From the IMG/VR virus record IMGVR_UViG_638275541_000001: a stretch of 64,000 nucleotides of DNA. One strand, 5' to 3'. Every line of letters starts with the position of its first letter. Positions within the stretch are counted from its first letter, which is position 1. Positions 32,894 to 42,859 of this stretch are shown here, one piece after another. Source of the stretch: a virus. Lineage: Duplodnaviria; Heunggongvirae; Uroviricota; Caudoviricetes. The position numbers were made by a program, and so were the translations under genes. A model generated the notes under the pieces. It had not been told where the DNA came from, did not search any database, and worked only from the letters and a program-made list of their open reading frames with translations.

Positions 32894-33439
32894 TCAAAAG
32901 TGTCCTTTTACTTGTGGAACATAAATTTCAAAGGTTGCTTTACCATCTACTGATGGTTTTGACTGAATCTTAGCGAAAATTTGACGGTCATGCAACTTAT
33001 CAAAGAAATTCTCAAAAGGTAGATGCACAGTTGCCTCTTCAGTCACTTCATGAAAAACTGTATGGAACACTACATCAGCATACGGTAAAGCACTGACAAG
33101 AATACCTACACCACCAATTACGAAGACGTCTTCTTCAATATTACTATCAAGATACTTTAAAAATGCTCCAAAAGAATCTTGATGAGCCTTAGCAAACATA
33201 ACATCATCTTTGGTGAAGTCCATACCATAATAAGGCACAGAATTTGTTAAGATGAGGTTTGTACGTTCTGGTAAAGGTTTACTACCCAGAGTCTTAAAAG
33301 TTTCATTACCCATGACTACTAAGTTGTCTTTAGTGAGTCTCTTAAACTCTTGCATATCCTGTTTATGTTGAGGCCACGGCATACCAGTTGGAGTACCAAA
33401 CTCCCCATTTTCACCACTTGCAAAGATTAATTTAATCAT
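32894..33439 (-). CDS. folA: dihydrofolate reductase
   Basis: 181 aa; N-terminal IFASGENGEFG...MPW and VVMGNETFKTL DHFR signatures; adjacent to thyA. Confidence 0.75.
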   Translation of the reverse strand: MIKLIFASGENGEFGTPTGMPWPQHKQDMQEFKRLTKDNLVVMGNETFKTLGSKPLPERTNLILTNSVPYYGMDFTKDDVMFAKAHQDSFGAFLKYLDSNIEEDVFVIGGVGILVSALPYADVVFHTVFHEVTEEATVHLPFENFFDKLHDRQIFAKIQSKPSVDGKATFEIYVPQVKGHF

Positions 33440-33696
33440 TTTGTAAATCCTTTCTTAATGAACCAGTTGATAACATTCTTCACAGCTTTATTGCTATGGT
33501 AGATTAAGTGCGGTGTGGGTTGGTATGAACCATAAGCCCAGAATGATAGCTGCTCACCACAACCAACACATGTCGTACTCTCTTCAGCTATATGACCATT
33601 AACAATCATATGAACTTCACCTTGCAAGTCTGTACACCCACAATGTGGACATCGGATAGGTGTTCCATCAGACTCATAGCAGTGTTCAATTTTCAT
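33436..33696 (-). CDS. small zinc-ribbon protein
   Basis: 86 aa; CPHCGC...CVGCG four-Cys arrangement. Confidence 0.45.
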   Translation of the reverse strand: MKIEHCYESDGTPIRCPHCGCTDLQGEVHMIVNGHIAEESTTCVGCGEQLSFWAYGSYQPTPHLIYHSNKAVKNVINWFIKKGFTK

Positions 33697-34212
33697 TTAC
33701 TTAACCTCAAAAACTGGCTCAAGAACCAATATAAAGTCTACACAGTCATCTTCTTCATCCAGAATACCATCAAAGTTCTTAGGAACGAAGTCGAAGAGGC
33801 TCATAACAAAACAGTCAGAAGTGACCCTGATAGTCCCTCCCATGTTCTCTACAGTTAACACTGTACGACTTTCTTTTACCTCCCTCAGAAGATTACTCAC
33901 AAAGTCATCTAAGAAATACTTCATTAGTGACTTGAAACCTTTAGGGTAATCTGTACCAGAGTATGTTTCAATCTGTGGTACAAGCTTAACATTTATACTA
34001 GTCTTTGTTAAGAACGTTTTAGAGAACATACTATCAGGTAACTTACAAACAGTCTTTCCAGTACCTTCATGTTCAATCTCAACAAAACCAGCTTCGTCGC
34101 CACATGTGACTATTTTAAAAGATGCTTCATTCTCATGCTGCGAAGCCATAAACTTTTTAAGCATCACTTTAAGGAAATCTGCATGAGCATCTTGTAAGTA
34201 GATATCAATCAT
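33697..34212 (-). CDS. hypothetical protein
   Basis: 171-aa ORF in co-directional array. Confidence 0.4.
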   Translation of the reverse strand: MIDIYLQDAHADFLKVMLKKFMASQHENEASFKIVTCGDEAGFVEIEHEGTGKTVCKLPDSMFSKTFLTKTSINVKLVPQIETYSGTDYPKGFKSLMKYFLDDFVSNLLREVKESRTVLTVENMGGTIRVTSDCFVMSLFDFVPKNFDGILDEEDDCVDFILVLEPVFEVK

Positions 34213-34225
34213 AGTTAATCACCTA

Positions 34226-34585
34226 TTATGGGAACAGACACTTGATGTCATCGTTTTTAAAAACAAAACTTGTGTAGTTGTGACCATCAACATCCAGCCA
34301 AACAGCCTGAACATCTACACCATCAAGATTGTGGTAAAGCTCTTTGATGAAGTGGTCTTTCACAATCTGACTGCTAGTTGTTTCTAGCTTAATGTTTGAG
34401 ATTGCTGAACCTACAGCCATATAACCCATGACACGTTTCTTCTCAGTATGCTTAATCTTACCATCTTTGTAAGCCATAATGAGATTGGAAAGAATCTTCA
34501 CACCATAATACTTCTCAAGGTGAGTAGGTACGCCATAAAAACCTAATGCGAAGTTTTCAAAGTGGATAATGTTTTCACGTTTCAT
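34226..34585 (-). CDS. hypothetical protein
   Basis: 119-aa ORF. Confidence 0.4.
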   Translation of the reverse strand: MKRENIIHFENFALGFYGVPTHLEKYYGVKILSNLIMAYKDGKIKHTEKKRVMGYMAVGSAISNIKLETTSSQIVKDHFIKELYHNLDGVDVQAVWLDVDGHNYTSFVFKNDDIKCLFP

Positions 34586-34586
34586 A

Positions 34587-34916
34587 TTAATCTGCCAACC
34601 TTAAATTGAAATTAACACCAAATTTTTCACACACTCCCAACATATACTCAAGGGAAACATTCCCAGTGAGGTGGATTATGTTGGATACACGAGCCTGAGA
34701 GATACCGCAAATTTTAGCAACTTGTTCTTGAGAAAGACCTCTGGATTTAATCTCTCTCTTAAAACGATGTGCAACGAAGTCTCTCATTTCGTCTACATCC
34801 ATTGGACAAATATAACTCTCCATTTCAGCCTCTCTATCAGCCTCCCAATCATCTTGTGGGGCATAAGGGTCAAAAACATCATTCATCTTTCTTCTTCCGT
34901 TTGCGTGAAGTGTCAA
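34587..34916 (-). CDS. helix-turn-helix DNA-binding protein
   Basis: 109 aa; C-terminal LSQEQVAKICGISQARVSNI matches HTH pattern. Confidence 0.5.
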   Translation of the reverse strand: MTLHANGRRKMNDVFDPYAPQDDWEADREAEMESYICPMDVDEMRDFVAHRFKREIKSRGLSQEQVAKICGISQARVSNIIHLTGNVSLEYMLGVCEKFGVNFNLRLAD

Positions 34917-35091
34917 TCAATGAATCTATGTTTGTAGCCCTAACCTTTTCACGTTCATCGTTAAGATAATCATCAAGAACCTTTTCAATCTGTGAATCAT
35001 CTTGACAGATAACTGTAAAGACTGTAAAGCCGTCTGTATCATCAATTATCTTACCATAACCGCTTCTGGGATGTAACTTTTTAAGAGCCAT
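34879..35091 (-). CDS. hypothetical small protein
   Basis: 70 aa; basic C-terminus. Confidence 0.35.
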   Translation of the reverse strand: MALKKLHPRSGYGKIIDDTDGFTVFTVICQDDSQIEKVLDDYLNDEREKVRATNIDSLIDTSRKRKKKDE

Positions 35092-35092
35092 A

Positions 35093-35476
35093 TCAAATAC
35101 CTGTGCAGCTTCTGTTTTCTAAGAAATACTCAACACCATACATAGCTTTTTGCATCAAATCTTCTTTAAACTGGATACGATGGTTGAGCATAGCCTGTAC
35201 ATCAATATCATCATGGTGCTTCTCTTTAATATTTGCAGATTGCAGGAAATACTCTGCAAGAACGCGATACTGATAGTCAGTTACCTTATCAGTCATCTCT
35301 GTTAAAGACTCTTCAGAGATTGGTTTCAGTAGCTCACCATTAGCTAGAGCAACACCTTTAACAATCTGGCAAGTGTCTTCTGGAACACCTGATAAGTCCA
35401 CATTTGGAAGTTCTGTTGCATTGACTGGTAAATTCATTGCCATAACCATTGCAGCAGCTAATAAAATCTTTTTCAT
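35093..35476 (-). CDS. secreted/periplasmic protein with signal peptide
   Basis: 127 aa; N-terminus MKKILLAAAMVMAMNLPVNA; RBS GAGG; own promoter-like element upstream. Confidence 0.5.
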   Translation of the reverse strand: MKKILLAAAMVMAMNLPVNATELPNVDLSGVPEDTCQIVKGVALANGELLKPISEESLTEMTDKVTDYQYRVLAEYFLQSANIKEKHHDDIDVQAMLNHRIQFKEDLMQKAMYGVEYFLENRSCTGI

Positions 35477-35520
35477 AATGACCTCAAAGTTATATTAAAT
35501 TTTGTATTACATTGAGTATA

Positions 35521-35549
35521 AAAATAAGCTATAACACCTGACTTGTCAA
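35521..35549 (-). promoter_or_regulatory. sigma70-like promoter on minus strand for the secreted-protein gene
   Basis: minus-strand TTGACA-N17-TATTTT. Confidence 0.35.
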
Positions 35550-35758
35550 CAGATTTTATAGCTTATTTGGCAGATTTTTTATAAGGCTACTGCCATCCTT
35601 CCATACCAGACTACGCCATGCCAGACCAGACTTCACATCACCTTACCGTGCAATACATCGCTTAAAACCCTCTTAGAAGACTCTTAAGTGATGCTGGTGA
35701 GTACCCGTTGGTTCATGCTGCTCAGCATACTCACCAAATTTTCTATGTCAACAACTTT

Positions 35759-36859
35759 TTATTCGTAATCTCGAATAACTAGCCCAACAGGGAACTGTAA
35801 AGACCCCTTACGAGTCATCTTCTGGAACTGAACCGTCAAAGGTTTCCCGATAAACTCTTCAGGATGCTCAGCAAGATACTGTTTCTTCTCATGAGTAGTC
35901 TTCCATGAGACATCTACAAAGACGTTAGGAAGAGTCTCTACAACGAACTTACCATGACCACGTTTATCGGTCTTGACACCAGTCACTTTAAACTCTTCAG
36001 TGTGCATCTTCTTGTGCTTAATCAAGAAGTATGAACGGTGACAACACTCATAGAAGGAGTCTTCAGAGATTGAACGGTACATTGCACCTTCAAACTTAGC
36101 TTCAACCCACTTATCATGGGCTTCGTCAAACTCTTCCCAAGAATTTACACGGATAGTCTGTACAGGAACCACTCTACAGGTATCACCAAGCCCAACAATG
36201 GGTGAGTTATCAATAACTTCACGACGCTCAGGCCAAGATTTTGAATTGTCACAGATATCATACCAGTAGAATTTAAGAAGGTGACGGTCTGGATTGTCAG
36301 CATTCTTAATCATAGATACAATATCTTCTAAGTCCCAACCATGAGCATAAATCTCTCCATCAAAGTCTTCAACTTGTGGATGTAATTTAAGCAACAAAAG
36401 TAAATCTGGAATTAGTTCTGCTGGAACGTTGTAAACAGTATTCTCACGAGAATAAGCTGTGAAACCGACTGAATCAGCATCTCTTGAAATTCTACAACGG
36501 ACACCATCAAGTTTTGGTTGAGCATCAGCAGGGAACTTCAGATACTTTGCATGGCTAACCTTTGCAGCATCATGAGCAAGCTGTACACCTACCTTCTCAG
36601 TATTCTGTGCAGACTCTTTTGTGTAAGCGTAACCTTTACGGTCTACTTGTTTCTTGTACTTAGCAGAAACTTCAAAGAGAGCTTGCTGTTCAGCGTTACG
36701 CTCATTCTTTTTACCGATGTTCTTAGGCTCTGCTGTGTACTCTTCAAACATCATCTTGCCATTTTCTTTACCGTAGGTTGTGATAACTTTGTCACCTACA
36801 GCAACGCATGACCAGACGTTGAAGGAACCATCTTTATTTTGTTTGTATAGGATTGTCAT
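35759..36859 (-). CDS. ATP-dependent DNA ligase
   Basis: adenylation motif I KLDGVRC; start moved to second Met with RBS AGAGGT. Confidence 0.7.
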   Translation of the reverse strand: MTILYKQNKDGSFNVWSCVAVGDKVITTYGKENGKMMFEEYTAEPKNIGKKNERNAEQQALFEVSAKYKKQVDRKGYAYTKESAQNTEKVGVQLAHDAAKVSHAKYLKFPADAQPKLDGVRCRISRDADSVGFTAYSRENTVYNVPAELIPDLLLLLKLHPQVEDFDGEIYAHGWDLEDIVSMIKNADNPDRHLLKFYWYDICDNSKSWPERREVIDNSPIVGLGDTCRVVPVQTIRVNSWEEFDEAHDKWVEAKFEGAMYRSISEDSFYECCHRSYFLIKHKKMHTEEFKVTGVKTDKRGHGKFVVETLPNVFVDVSWKTTHEKKQYLAEHPEEFIGKPLTVQFQKMTRKGSLQFPVGLVIRDYE

Positions 36860-37052
36860 TTTTAACCTCTGAGTGATACCAAGTATTGCAAGCATTACAT
36901 GCGTAAAGCTCTAAGTCATTTTTATCTGGTTTATGGAAACAGTTTGACCCACAACGACACCGGAATAGCTTACCATCAACACGAAGAATGAATGTTTCAA
37001 GCTCACCATCTTCTGTAAGAACTGCGTTCTTAAATTTATCTTCTACAGTCAT
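36834..37052 (-). CDS. small zinc-finger protein
   Basis: 72 aa; CRCGSNCFH...CNACNTWYH. Confidence 0.4.
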   Translation of the reverse strand: MTVEDKFKNAVLTEDGELETFILRVDGKLFRCRCGSNCFHKPDKNDLELYACNACNTWYHSEVKNDNPIQTK

Positions 37053-37255
37053 TTTCTCTTACCACCAATCTCTACGTCGATAACTTGAACATCACCAGCA
37101 ACATCAAACTTATGAATGATGCTCTCAACAGTGTAAGTCCAACCATCAATGCGAACCAACTCACCTTCTCGTGGGACGATTGGATTACGTTGAGCTATGG
37201 TTGTAGTGGAGTGAACAACATCATAACGGTAGATATAGTTTACTAGGACTTCCAT
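37049..37255 (-). CDS. hypothetical protein
   Basis: start moved to Met34 (RBS GAGGT) to reduce overlap with upstream lipoprotein gene; full track ORF is 37049-37354. Confidence 0.35.
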   Translation of the reverse strand: MEVLVNYIYRYDVVHSTTTIAQRNPIVPREGELVRIDGWTYTVESIIHKFDVAGDVQVIDVEIGGKRK

Positions 37256-37265
37256 CGTGAAAACC

Positions 37266-37523
37266 TCACTCAATAACCGTAGTATGTGATTGACCATTTT
37301 TGCCGTAGCTATAAGATGTTGTTGTTTGAGAGTTTGGACATCTGACAACAACAATATCCCTACTTATAGCGTCACCATTGAGTTTGTAGATTTTGCAGTC
37401 TTGCATCTCTGGAGGGAGGCTATAAGAGGCGTCTTTGTTTTCATAAGATGGGTTACAGCCAGCCAGAAAAATTACTCCAAGTGCAACCATTGCTTTCACA
37501 CAACTCTTAACCTTATTGTTCAC
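37266..37523 (-). CDS. small lipoprotein
   Basis: 85 aa; MNNKVKSCVKAMVALGVIFLAGC with lipobox LAGC. Confidence 0.5.
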   Translation of the reverse strand: MNNKVKSCVKAMVALGVIFLAGCNPSYENKDASYSLPPEMQDCKIYKLNGDAISRDIVVVRCPNSQTTTSYSYGKNGQSHTTVIE

Positions 37524-37655
37524 GATAGTCTACCTCTCTGTATGTTTTTAAATAGTGAGTGATGAGTTCTGGTAATTCACTACGTTTAACGTTTGAACGA
37601 AGAAGTGTCCAGTCAAAACCTTTACCAACCCTTCCCCAGAGACTGTACATTTTCT

Positions 37656-37889
37656 TCATAGCAACTCCAGAATATCAATACGTTCACCTTTGAGTACTCC
37701 AGTACGGTCTCTTGCAATCTTACCATCAACAATAAGAATGTGCGCAGACTTTAAAGAGTCACCATTAAAACCTTTTACGAACTTACTAGGCATCACTACA
37801 ATGGACATCTCCTGAATCAACTCTGGAGTATAGCAATTGTCGTGAAGTTGCTGAATAACGTCTGAAAGTGTCATTTTTGATGTCTCCAA
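37656..37889 (-). CDS. hypothetical protein
   Basis: 77-aa ORF. Confidence 0.35.
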   Translation of the reverse strand: METSKMTLSDVIQQLHDNCYTPELIQEMSIVVMPSKFVKGFNGDSLKSAHILIVDGKIARDRTGVLKGERIDILELL

Positions 37890-38080
37890 TACTCAATGTC
37901 AATAAGTTCTTGTGCAATGCTTTTCAGATTACCTTTCAAGAAAACCTTCTCAGAACCTGAAAGAGATGAATTGTCAATTAACCTGTTCATCCTCTCAAAC
38001 AACTTCTGCTTACGGTTCTTGATAGTTTCCTTTGAAGCACCTTTCATCATTGCTGCATGGGTTCTTCCACGGTGGCTCAT
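37871..38080 (-). CDS. hypothetical basic protein
   Basis: 69-aa ORF. Confidence 0.35.
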   Translation of the reverse strand: MSHRGRTHAAMMKGASKETIKNRKQKLFERMNRLIDNSSLSGSEKVFLKGNLKSIAQELIDIEYWRHQK

Positions 38081-38131
38081 AAGCCCTCCTATACAAGATA
38101 TAGTATAAGGTACTCTTCCCTGAGCACCTTG

Positions 38132-38635
38132 TCAACTTAGTTTTGCAAACTCTCCGTGGAGTTTAATAGCAGCTTCACAGTAAGCTTTATGGGCTTCTTC
38201 AGGTGTGTCAAATAAACCAAGTGATGTCCTTTTACCTCTGCATGTTATAGCTGCCCTCCACTTATTGCAGTCTTTAAAGTAATGTACACCCTTGTAACCT
38301 GATTTGTTAGTCGTCTGCTTTATTCTATTTTGAGCATTTCCGTATTTATCAGTCTCCCTAAGATTAGAAATGTGATTATTACTTCTGTTACCATCAATGT
38401 GGTCTATCATCTTAGTGGGTTTGTAACCATGTTCAAACCACCAAACGAGGTGATGAATTTTTATTACGACATCTTTGAATTTAAGTACTTTGTAACCGTA
38501 AGCATCAGCACCTCCTGCAATCTGCCCAGCTTTAGCTTGTCTATTCCTGTCATACTTGTTGTAGAAGACCCCTTTGTCGGGGTCGTAAATAAAATTATCC
38601 TTGTAATCTTGAAGTGTTAGTGTACGGCGTACCAT
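38132..38635 (-). CDS. HNH homing endonuclease with AP2-type DNA-binding domain
   Basis: HLVWWFEHG...IDHIDGNRSNNHISNLR then SGYKGVHY...KWRAAI...LGLFDTPEEAHKAY; paralogous to 48209-48709 and 61059-61550. Confidence 0.7.
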   Translation of the reverse strand: MVRRTLTLQDYKDNFIYDPDKGVFYNKYDRNRQAKAGQIAGGADAYGYKVLKFKDVVIKIHHLVWWFEHGYKPTKMIDHIDGNRSNNHISNLRETDKYGNAQNRIKQTTNKSGYKGVHYFKDCNKWRAAITCRGKRTSLGLFDTPEEAHKAYCEAAIKLHGEFAKLS

Positions 38636-41316
38636 GTCTTACCTACCTTACCAGTACCTGTAACAAGCGTCTTACTCTTTAATCCAAGATTTTTTGATGC
38701 TTGACCATACATTCTATCAATAATCTCTTTAACATCAGGTACATCTTTGGTTGGAACCTCTAAAGAGACCTCATCGTGGTAACTACAGACCCACCTAGCA
38801 CCAATAGCAGGCTTCCTACCATTTAGAACTGTAAGCTTGCGCTCTGTTAACTCTCTGTTAGCCAAGTTAATACCCTCATTCTGCACCTGAGCCTCACTGC
38901 CCATAAGTGTGTAATTCAATAACTTATGTGGAGATTTACACCATAACCACGCTCCAGCAACTTTGATATAACCACCTTTGGCAATTGCAGAAGTTTTTCC
39001 GAAAACCTCTTCAAGTGCTTTCTTAGTTGCTTTGAAGTCTTCCTCTAGTCTATCAAGCAGCTTTTTAATCTTAGGTAGACGCACAAAGTAAGTTTGTTTA
39101 GTTAATGCACCTTCTTCCGTAGATGATGCCTTGATAGTTTTTGCAAACTTCTCGTCTCCGGCTCCAAATAACAGGGCGTAGATGCCATTCTTAGCCTTCT
39201 TACGGCCTTTTGTAATCTCGTGAAGAAGTTCCTCATCCTGTGTCTCCCTACAACGAACAATATCTTCTTCCTTGTTCAGACCGAAGTAAATACTGTTCAG
39301 TGTATGCGCATCAGTCCCTGTGTAGACTTCATAGAGGTCATTTTCAGCATCATAACGCAGATACTTGTCAGTTTCTGGGTTAAGATACTTGTCAAGATGC
39401 TTACAGTAGTATCTACCATCATCTTGCTTAGTGAACTCTACTGACTCTTTACCCTCAGTTACCGCTTTAGTAAAGTCTTCATCACCCATAAAGTTACAAA
39501 GAAGAACTAGCTGGGCTGAGTTTTGGTCTACGGAGATGATATCTGTACCTTCCTCACAAATCCACACTGCCCTCATTGGCTCCCCATAGACAGCAGCACC
39601 AGACGGTACGTTTACAATACCATATTGTGTCATACGTCCAGTTGAAGTACCAAATACCATTGCACCAGCACTAAGGCGACCATCAGGACGAATCTGGTTC
39701 AACCAACCTTTTTCATCATCCTTTGAGTTCTCAATAGTTCTGCGTCGGTGCATCAAAGTGTAGTATTTAGCAATCTTCTGTCCAAGTTCACCTTCAATCG
39801 TATCATAAGATGACTCAGTAAGCTTTGGTGAAGTACGGATTAAGCAAGGTTCAAGCAAATCTGTGTATTTCTTCACAGACCAGTTATGCTCAATGTACTG
39901 GACACCTTCATGTTCAACATAACTCAAACCACACCGCTCAACCATTTCCTGCCACTTAGGATGTTTTGTAATCATCTTTTTATTGTCTTTGAAACGACAA
40001 ACTTTGACAGGGCGACCATCTGAGTCTTTCTTGTAGTTCCAGTCATCTGGAATCCAACCAACTGATTTCAAGTAGTCTTTAACAACTGCTACCTGAGTCA
40101 TACGAGAAACTTCAAACTCAATTGGTGTATATGGTGCATCAATCAAACCTGTGTAGCGACTTGACTCAAGTTCAAAGTGGTTAACAACGTGGCTGTTATA
40201 GTACTTCACAGTTTTGACTGTTTTTACTGGTTTCCAGTCTTTGCATTTCTTACCAATCTTTGCGTTCAACTCATTGCAAATTGCACGAGCATCCTTCATT
40301 GCTACAAAACCTTCCTTGTACTCTTCACCAGTTACAGTGTTGGTTGGTGTATAGCAATTTCTCTTTTCAATGTTAAAAATCTTTGTAGTTGGCTTACCAA
40401 ATGGCTTGATTTCATAAGTTTGCATCTCACCGTTACGTACCTGCTGACGATACTTTGTTTTAGGGTACTTGGTAATTCTCTTCAGTCCATCTGCATGACC
40501 AAATGTTTCAACATACTCATTCCAAGCTTTTGCAAACTCTTCTCCAGTGACTTTACCTTTGGTCTTAATAGTTGGAGGTAGATGTGGTTCAACCTCTGAA
40601 GCAAGCTCATTAGTCAACTTGTCAAGTTCCTTTACATGGAACTCCATAAGCTCCTTATCAGCTTTCCAACCATTGATAGCTTGTTGACTCATCCAGAAAG
40701 ATGTTTCTTTAGCTCGCATGTAGGTTTCATAAGTGTCTATGCCACACTTCTTAAGCTTGAGATACTCATTATCAAGTGCCCGTTTAGCTTTGGCGTTAAT
40801 ACGGATATCTTCTACAACACGAGTGAAGATTTCTGCATTCCACACACCCCAATGCTCAATCTCTGGCTTACGAACACCAACACGAGCACCCCATGCAGCC
40901 AAGCCATGAGCACCTTTATAACCCTTTGGGGTTGGTCTATCCATCCACTGAACACGAGACTGGATAAGAGAGTCCTGAAAGAAATTACTCCACGGTTTAC
41001 ACTTTGGATTATCAAAGTTCCATAAATCAGGTGCAATGTGATTGAAAACCCACCAGTCATAACCGAGACCATTATGGATGCAAAGACGTTTTGCCTTTAA
41101 CGCAAATTCAACACCTTCACGTAAACCACCTTTGATGTACTTAGTGTACTTGTGACCGAGGATAGGCTCATCTGTAAAGACCCATACAGGTGGCTCTTCA
41201 TCGTCAGATTTATAGTCTGCAAAGGCCATTACGTGAACTTTAGTGAACTCAAGGAGTAAACCATCAGTTTCTGTATCACCAACCAAATGTAAGTTTTTAA
41301 AATCTACGTTTTCCAT
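38617..41316 (-). CDS. DNA polymerase, family A, with 3'-5' exonuclease domain
   Basis: Exo I DTETDGL; motif B-like KKAKNGIYALLFGAG; motif C YHDE; start moved to Met11 with RBS AGGGAG. Confidence 0.8.
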   Translation of the reverse strand: MENVDFKNLHLVGDTETDGLLLEFTKVHVMAFADYKSDDEEPPVWVFTDEPILGHKYTKYIKGGLREGVEFALKAKRLCIHNGLGYDWWVFNHIAPDLWNFDNPKCKPWSNFFQDSLIQSRVQWMDRPTPKGYKGAHGLAAWGARVGVRKPEIEHWGVWNAEIFTRVVEDIRINAKAKRALDNEYLKLKKCGIDTYETYMRAKETSFWMSQQAINGWKADKELMEFHVKELDKLTNELASEVEPHLPPTIKTKGKVTGEEFAKAWNEYVETFGHADGLKRITKYPKTKYRQQVRNGEMQTYEIKPFGKPTTKIFNIEKRNCYTPTNTVTGEEYKEGFVAMKDARAICNELNAKIGKKCKDWKPVKTVKTVKYYNSHVVNHFELESSRYTGLIDAPYTPIEFEVSRMTQVAVVKDYLKSVGWIPDDWNYKKDSDGRPVKVCRFKDNKKMITKHPKWQEMVERCGLSYVEHEGVQYIEHNWSVKKYTDLLEPCLIRTSPKLTESSYDTIEGELGQKIAKYYTLMHRRRTIENSKDDEKGWLNQIRPDGRLSAGAMVFGTSTGRMTQYGIVNVPSGAAVYGEPMRAVWICEEGTDIISVDQNSAQLVLLCNFMGDEDFTKAVTEGKESVEFTKQDDGRYYCKHLDKYLNPETDKYLRYDAENDLYEVYTGTDAHTLNSIYFGLNKEEDIVRCRETQDEELLHEITKGRKKAKNGIYALLFGAGDEKFAKTIKASSTEEGALTKQTYFVRLPKIKKLLDRLEEDFKATKKALEEVFGKTSAIAKGGYIKVAGAWLWCKSPHKLLNYTLMGSEAQVQNEGINLANRELTERKLTVLNGRKPAIGARWVCSYHDEVSLEVPTKDVPDVKEIIDRMYGQASKNLGLKSKTLVTGTGKVGKTWYAVH

Positions 41317-41376
41317 TTTTACTCCCTCTAAAATCATTAACCTCATACATTACTGCAAAAAATTATAAAAAGCAAG

Positions 41377-41406
41377 TTGACAATGCACTTGACAAGGTGT
41401 TAATCT
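41377..41406 (+). promoter_or_regulatory. sigma70-like promoter for the + strand replication/nucleotide block
   Basis: TTGACA-N18-TAATCT in the divergent intergenic region 41317-41573. Confidence 0.35.
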
Positions 41407-41573
41407 TTGCGAAGTGGGTTTTTACTTAAAAGGTTACTTAACAGTTTAACTATACAGATACTTTAAAACTCTTAAAAGATTATTTAATAGCTTTTAAAAA
41501 GCTTTAAAGTATAACGTATAGAATACGTTAAGATAAAAGATTAAAACTTAATAGTTACTTAAAAGAGGCTTAC

Positions 41574-41996
41574 ATGCAGAAAATGTTTGTTCACCCAGAC
41601 ATAGCTGACTTTGTTAGAGCTTTGCAGAAGTTGGAAGAACTTGACATTGCTGCTCAACGGGAATATGCTCACCATCACAGGAGAATGGTTGATATACAAC
41701 ATGAAATAGAGTTATCTGAAAACTATGAAGATGACTTAAAATGCTCTGTATTTGAGCATATGAAAGATGTTGCTACAGCGAGACGTAAAGCTAAAGACAC
41801 AGTTGCTTTACTAGATTCTCTTAAAAAGAGGTTGCAAAGTGGTACAGACCTGTGTAATCTAGCGTCACTGATTAACGATGTTGAAACTTCTTGGGATAGG
41901 CACTATTATCCACGTTCTGAAAAGACACTTGACTTTTCTTCATCCGAAAACTTAAAATGTTCTAGAAAGAAACTTAACCAACTGAGAGAGAAATAA
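41574..41996 (+). CDS. hypothetical protein
   Basis: 140-aa ORF, first gene after divergent region. Confidence 0.45.
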   Translation: MQKMFVHPDIADFVRALQKLEELDIAAQREYAHHHRRMVDIQHEIELSENYEDDLKCSVFEHMKDVATARRKAKDTVALLDSLKKRLQSGTDLCNLASLINDVETSWDRHYYPRSEKTLDFSSSENLKCSRKKLNQLREK

Positions 41997-41997
41997 T

Positions 41998-42798
41998 ATG
42001 AATATCGATGTAGAAAAGATGCTTGAAGAAAAAGGTATTGACGAAGCATTTTTAATCAATGCCGTAGAGAGCATGGCTATGATTCTTCGTGGTAACAACT
42101 ACACAGAACAGTTTATGCCTGCAAGCTATAACTTGCCTGAAGACAAGTCTGATAACGGTGCTTTTGCAGAACAGGTTAACATGATGTTGACAGACACTAC
42201 ACTTGCTCTAGCATCTATTGCTGTTGGTGTTGATGCACTTGCTGAGTTTATTTTTTATGAAATGCAAAAGAATGACTATATCAGGATGTCAGACGAAGAT
42301 AAGGAACTGTTACTGACTAAGGATACTGATTTCCTTATTGACATGCTTATCTCATCAACAAGTGTTGTTATGGCTGCGCTTGAGAAGCGTATGGAAGAAA
42401 AGCTGTCACGATATGAAAAGCTTGATTGGGGCGTAGAAGAATTAAGCCCACGAATCAAAGAGATTATCCAGCAAACTAAAAAGTCTTTGGAAGAAGCTGT
42501 TGAAAATGACTCTGTAGCTGATATAGAGCCACTTCAGGTGAAAGTTGCGCTAATGATTCCAGCTATCTCTACGATGATGAATATCGTTGCACTAATCCAA
42601 CTTTCACAGATGATGGGTATGAGTATTGAGTTCATTGAGGAGATGACTGGCGGTGTCAGTATGCAAGCAATCAATGATGTTTTGGTGAACATTGGTGCTT
42701 CAATCATTGAAGAGAAACTACGCATTAACTTCGGTGATGATTTTGTGAAGCAACTCTCAGCTATGGCTGAAAAAGAGTCTGCTGAGCAACTACACTAA
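41998..42798 (+). CDS. hypothetical protein
   Basis: 266-aa ORF. Confidence 0.45.
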   Translation: MNIDVEKMLEEKGIDEAFLINAVESMAMILRGNNYTEQFMPASYNLPEDKSDNGAFAEQVNMMLTDTTLALASIAVGVDALAEFIFYEMQKNDYIRMSDEDKELLLTKDTDFLIDMLISSTSVVMAALEKRMEEKLSRYEKLDWGVEELSPRIKEIIQQTKKSLEEAVENDSVADIEPLQVKVALMIPAISTMMNIVALIQLSQMMGMSIEFIEEMTGGVSMQAINDVLVNIGASIIEEKLRINFGDDFVKQLSAMAEKESAEQLH

Positions 42799-42816
42799 GT
42801 CTTTATAAATCTTACA

Positions 42817-42840
42817 AGCCTCCTTAGTTGGGGGCTTTTT
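42817..42840 (+). terminator. rho-independent terminator
   Basis: AGCCTCC...GGGGGCT hairpin followed by TTTTT. Confidence 0.5.
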
Positions 42841-42859
42841 AGTAATTAATGGGGGTAAA

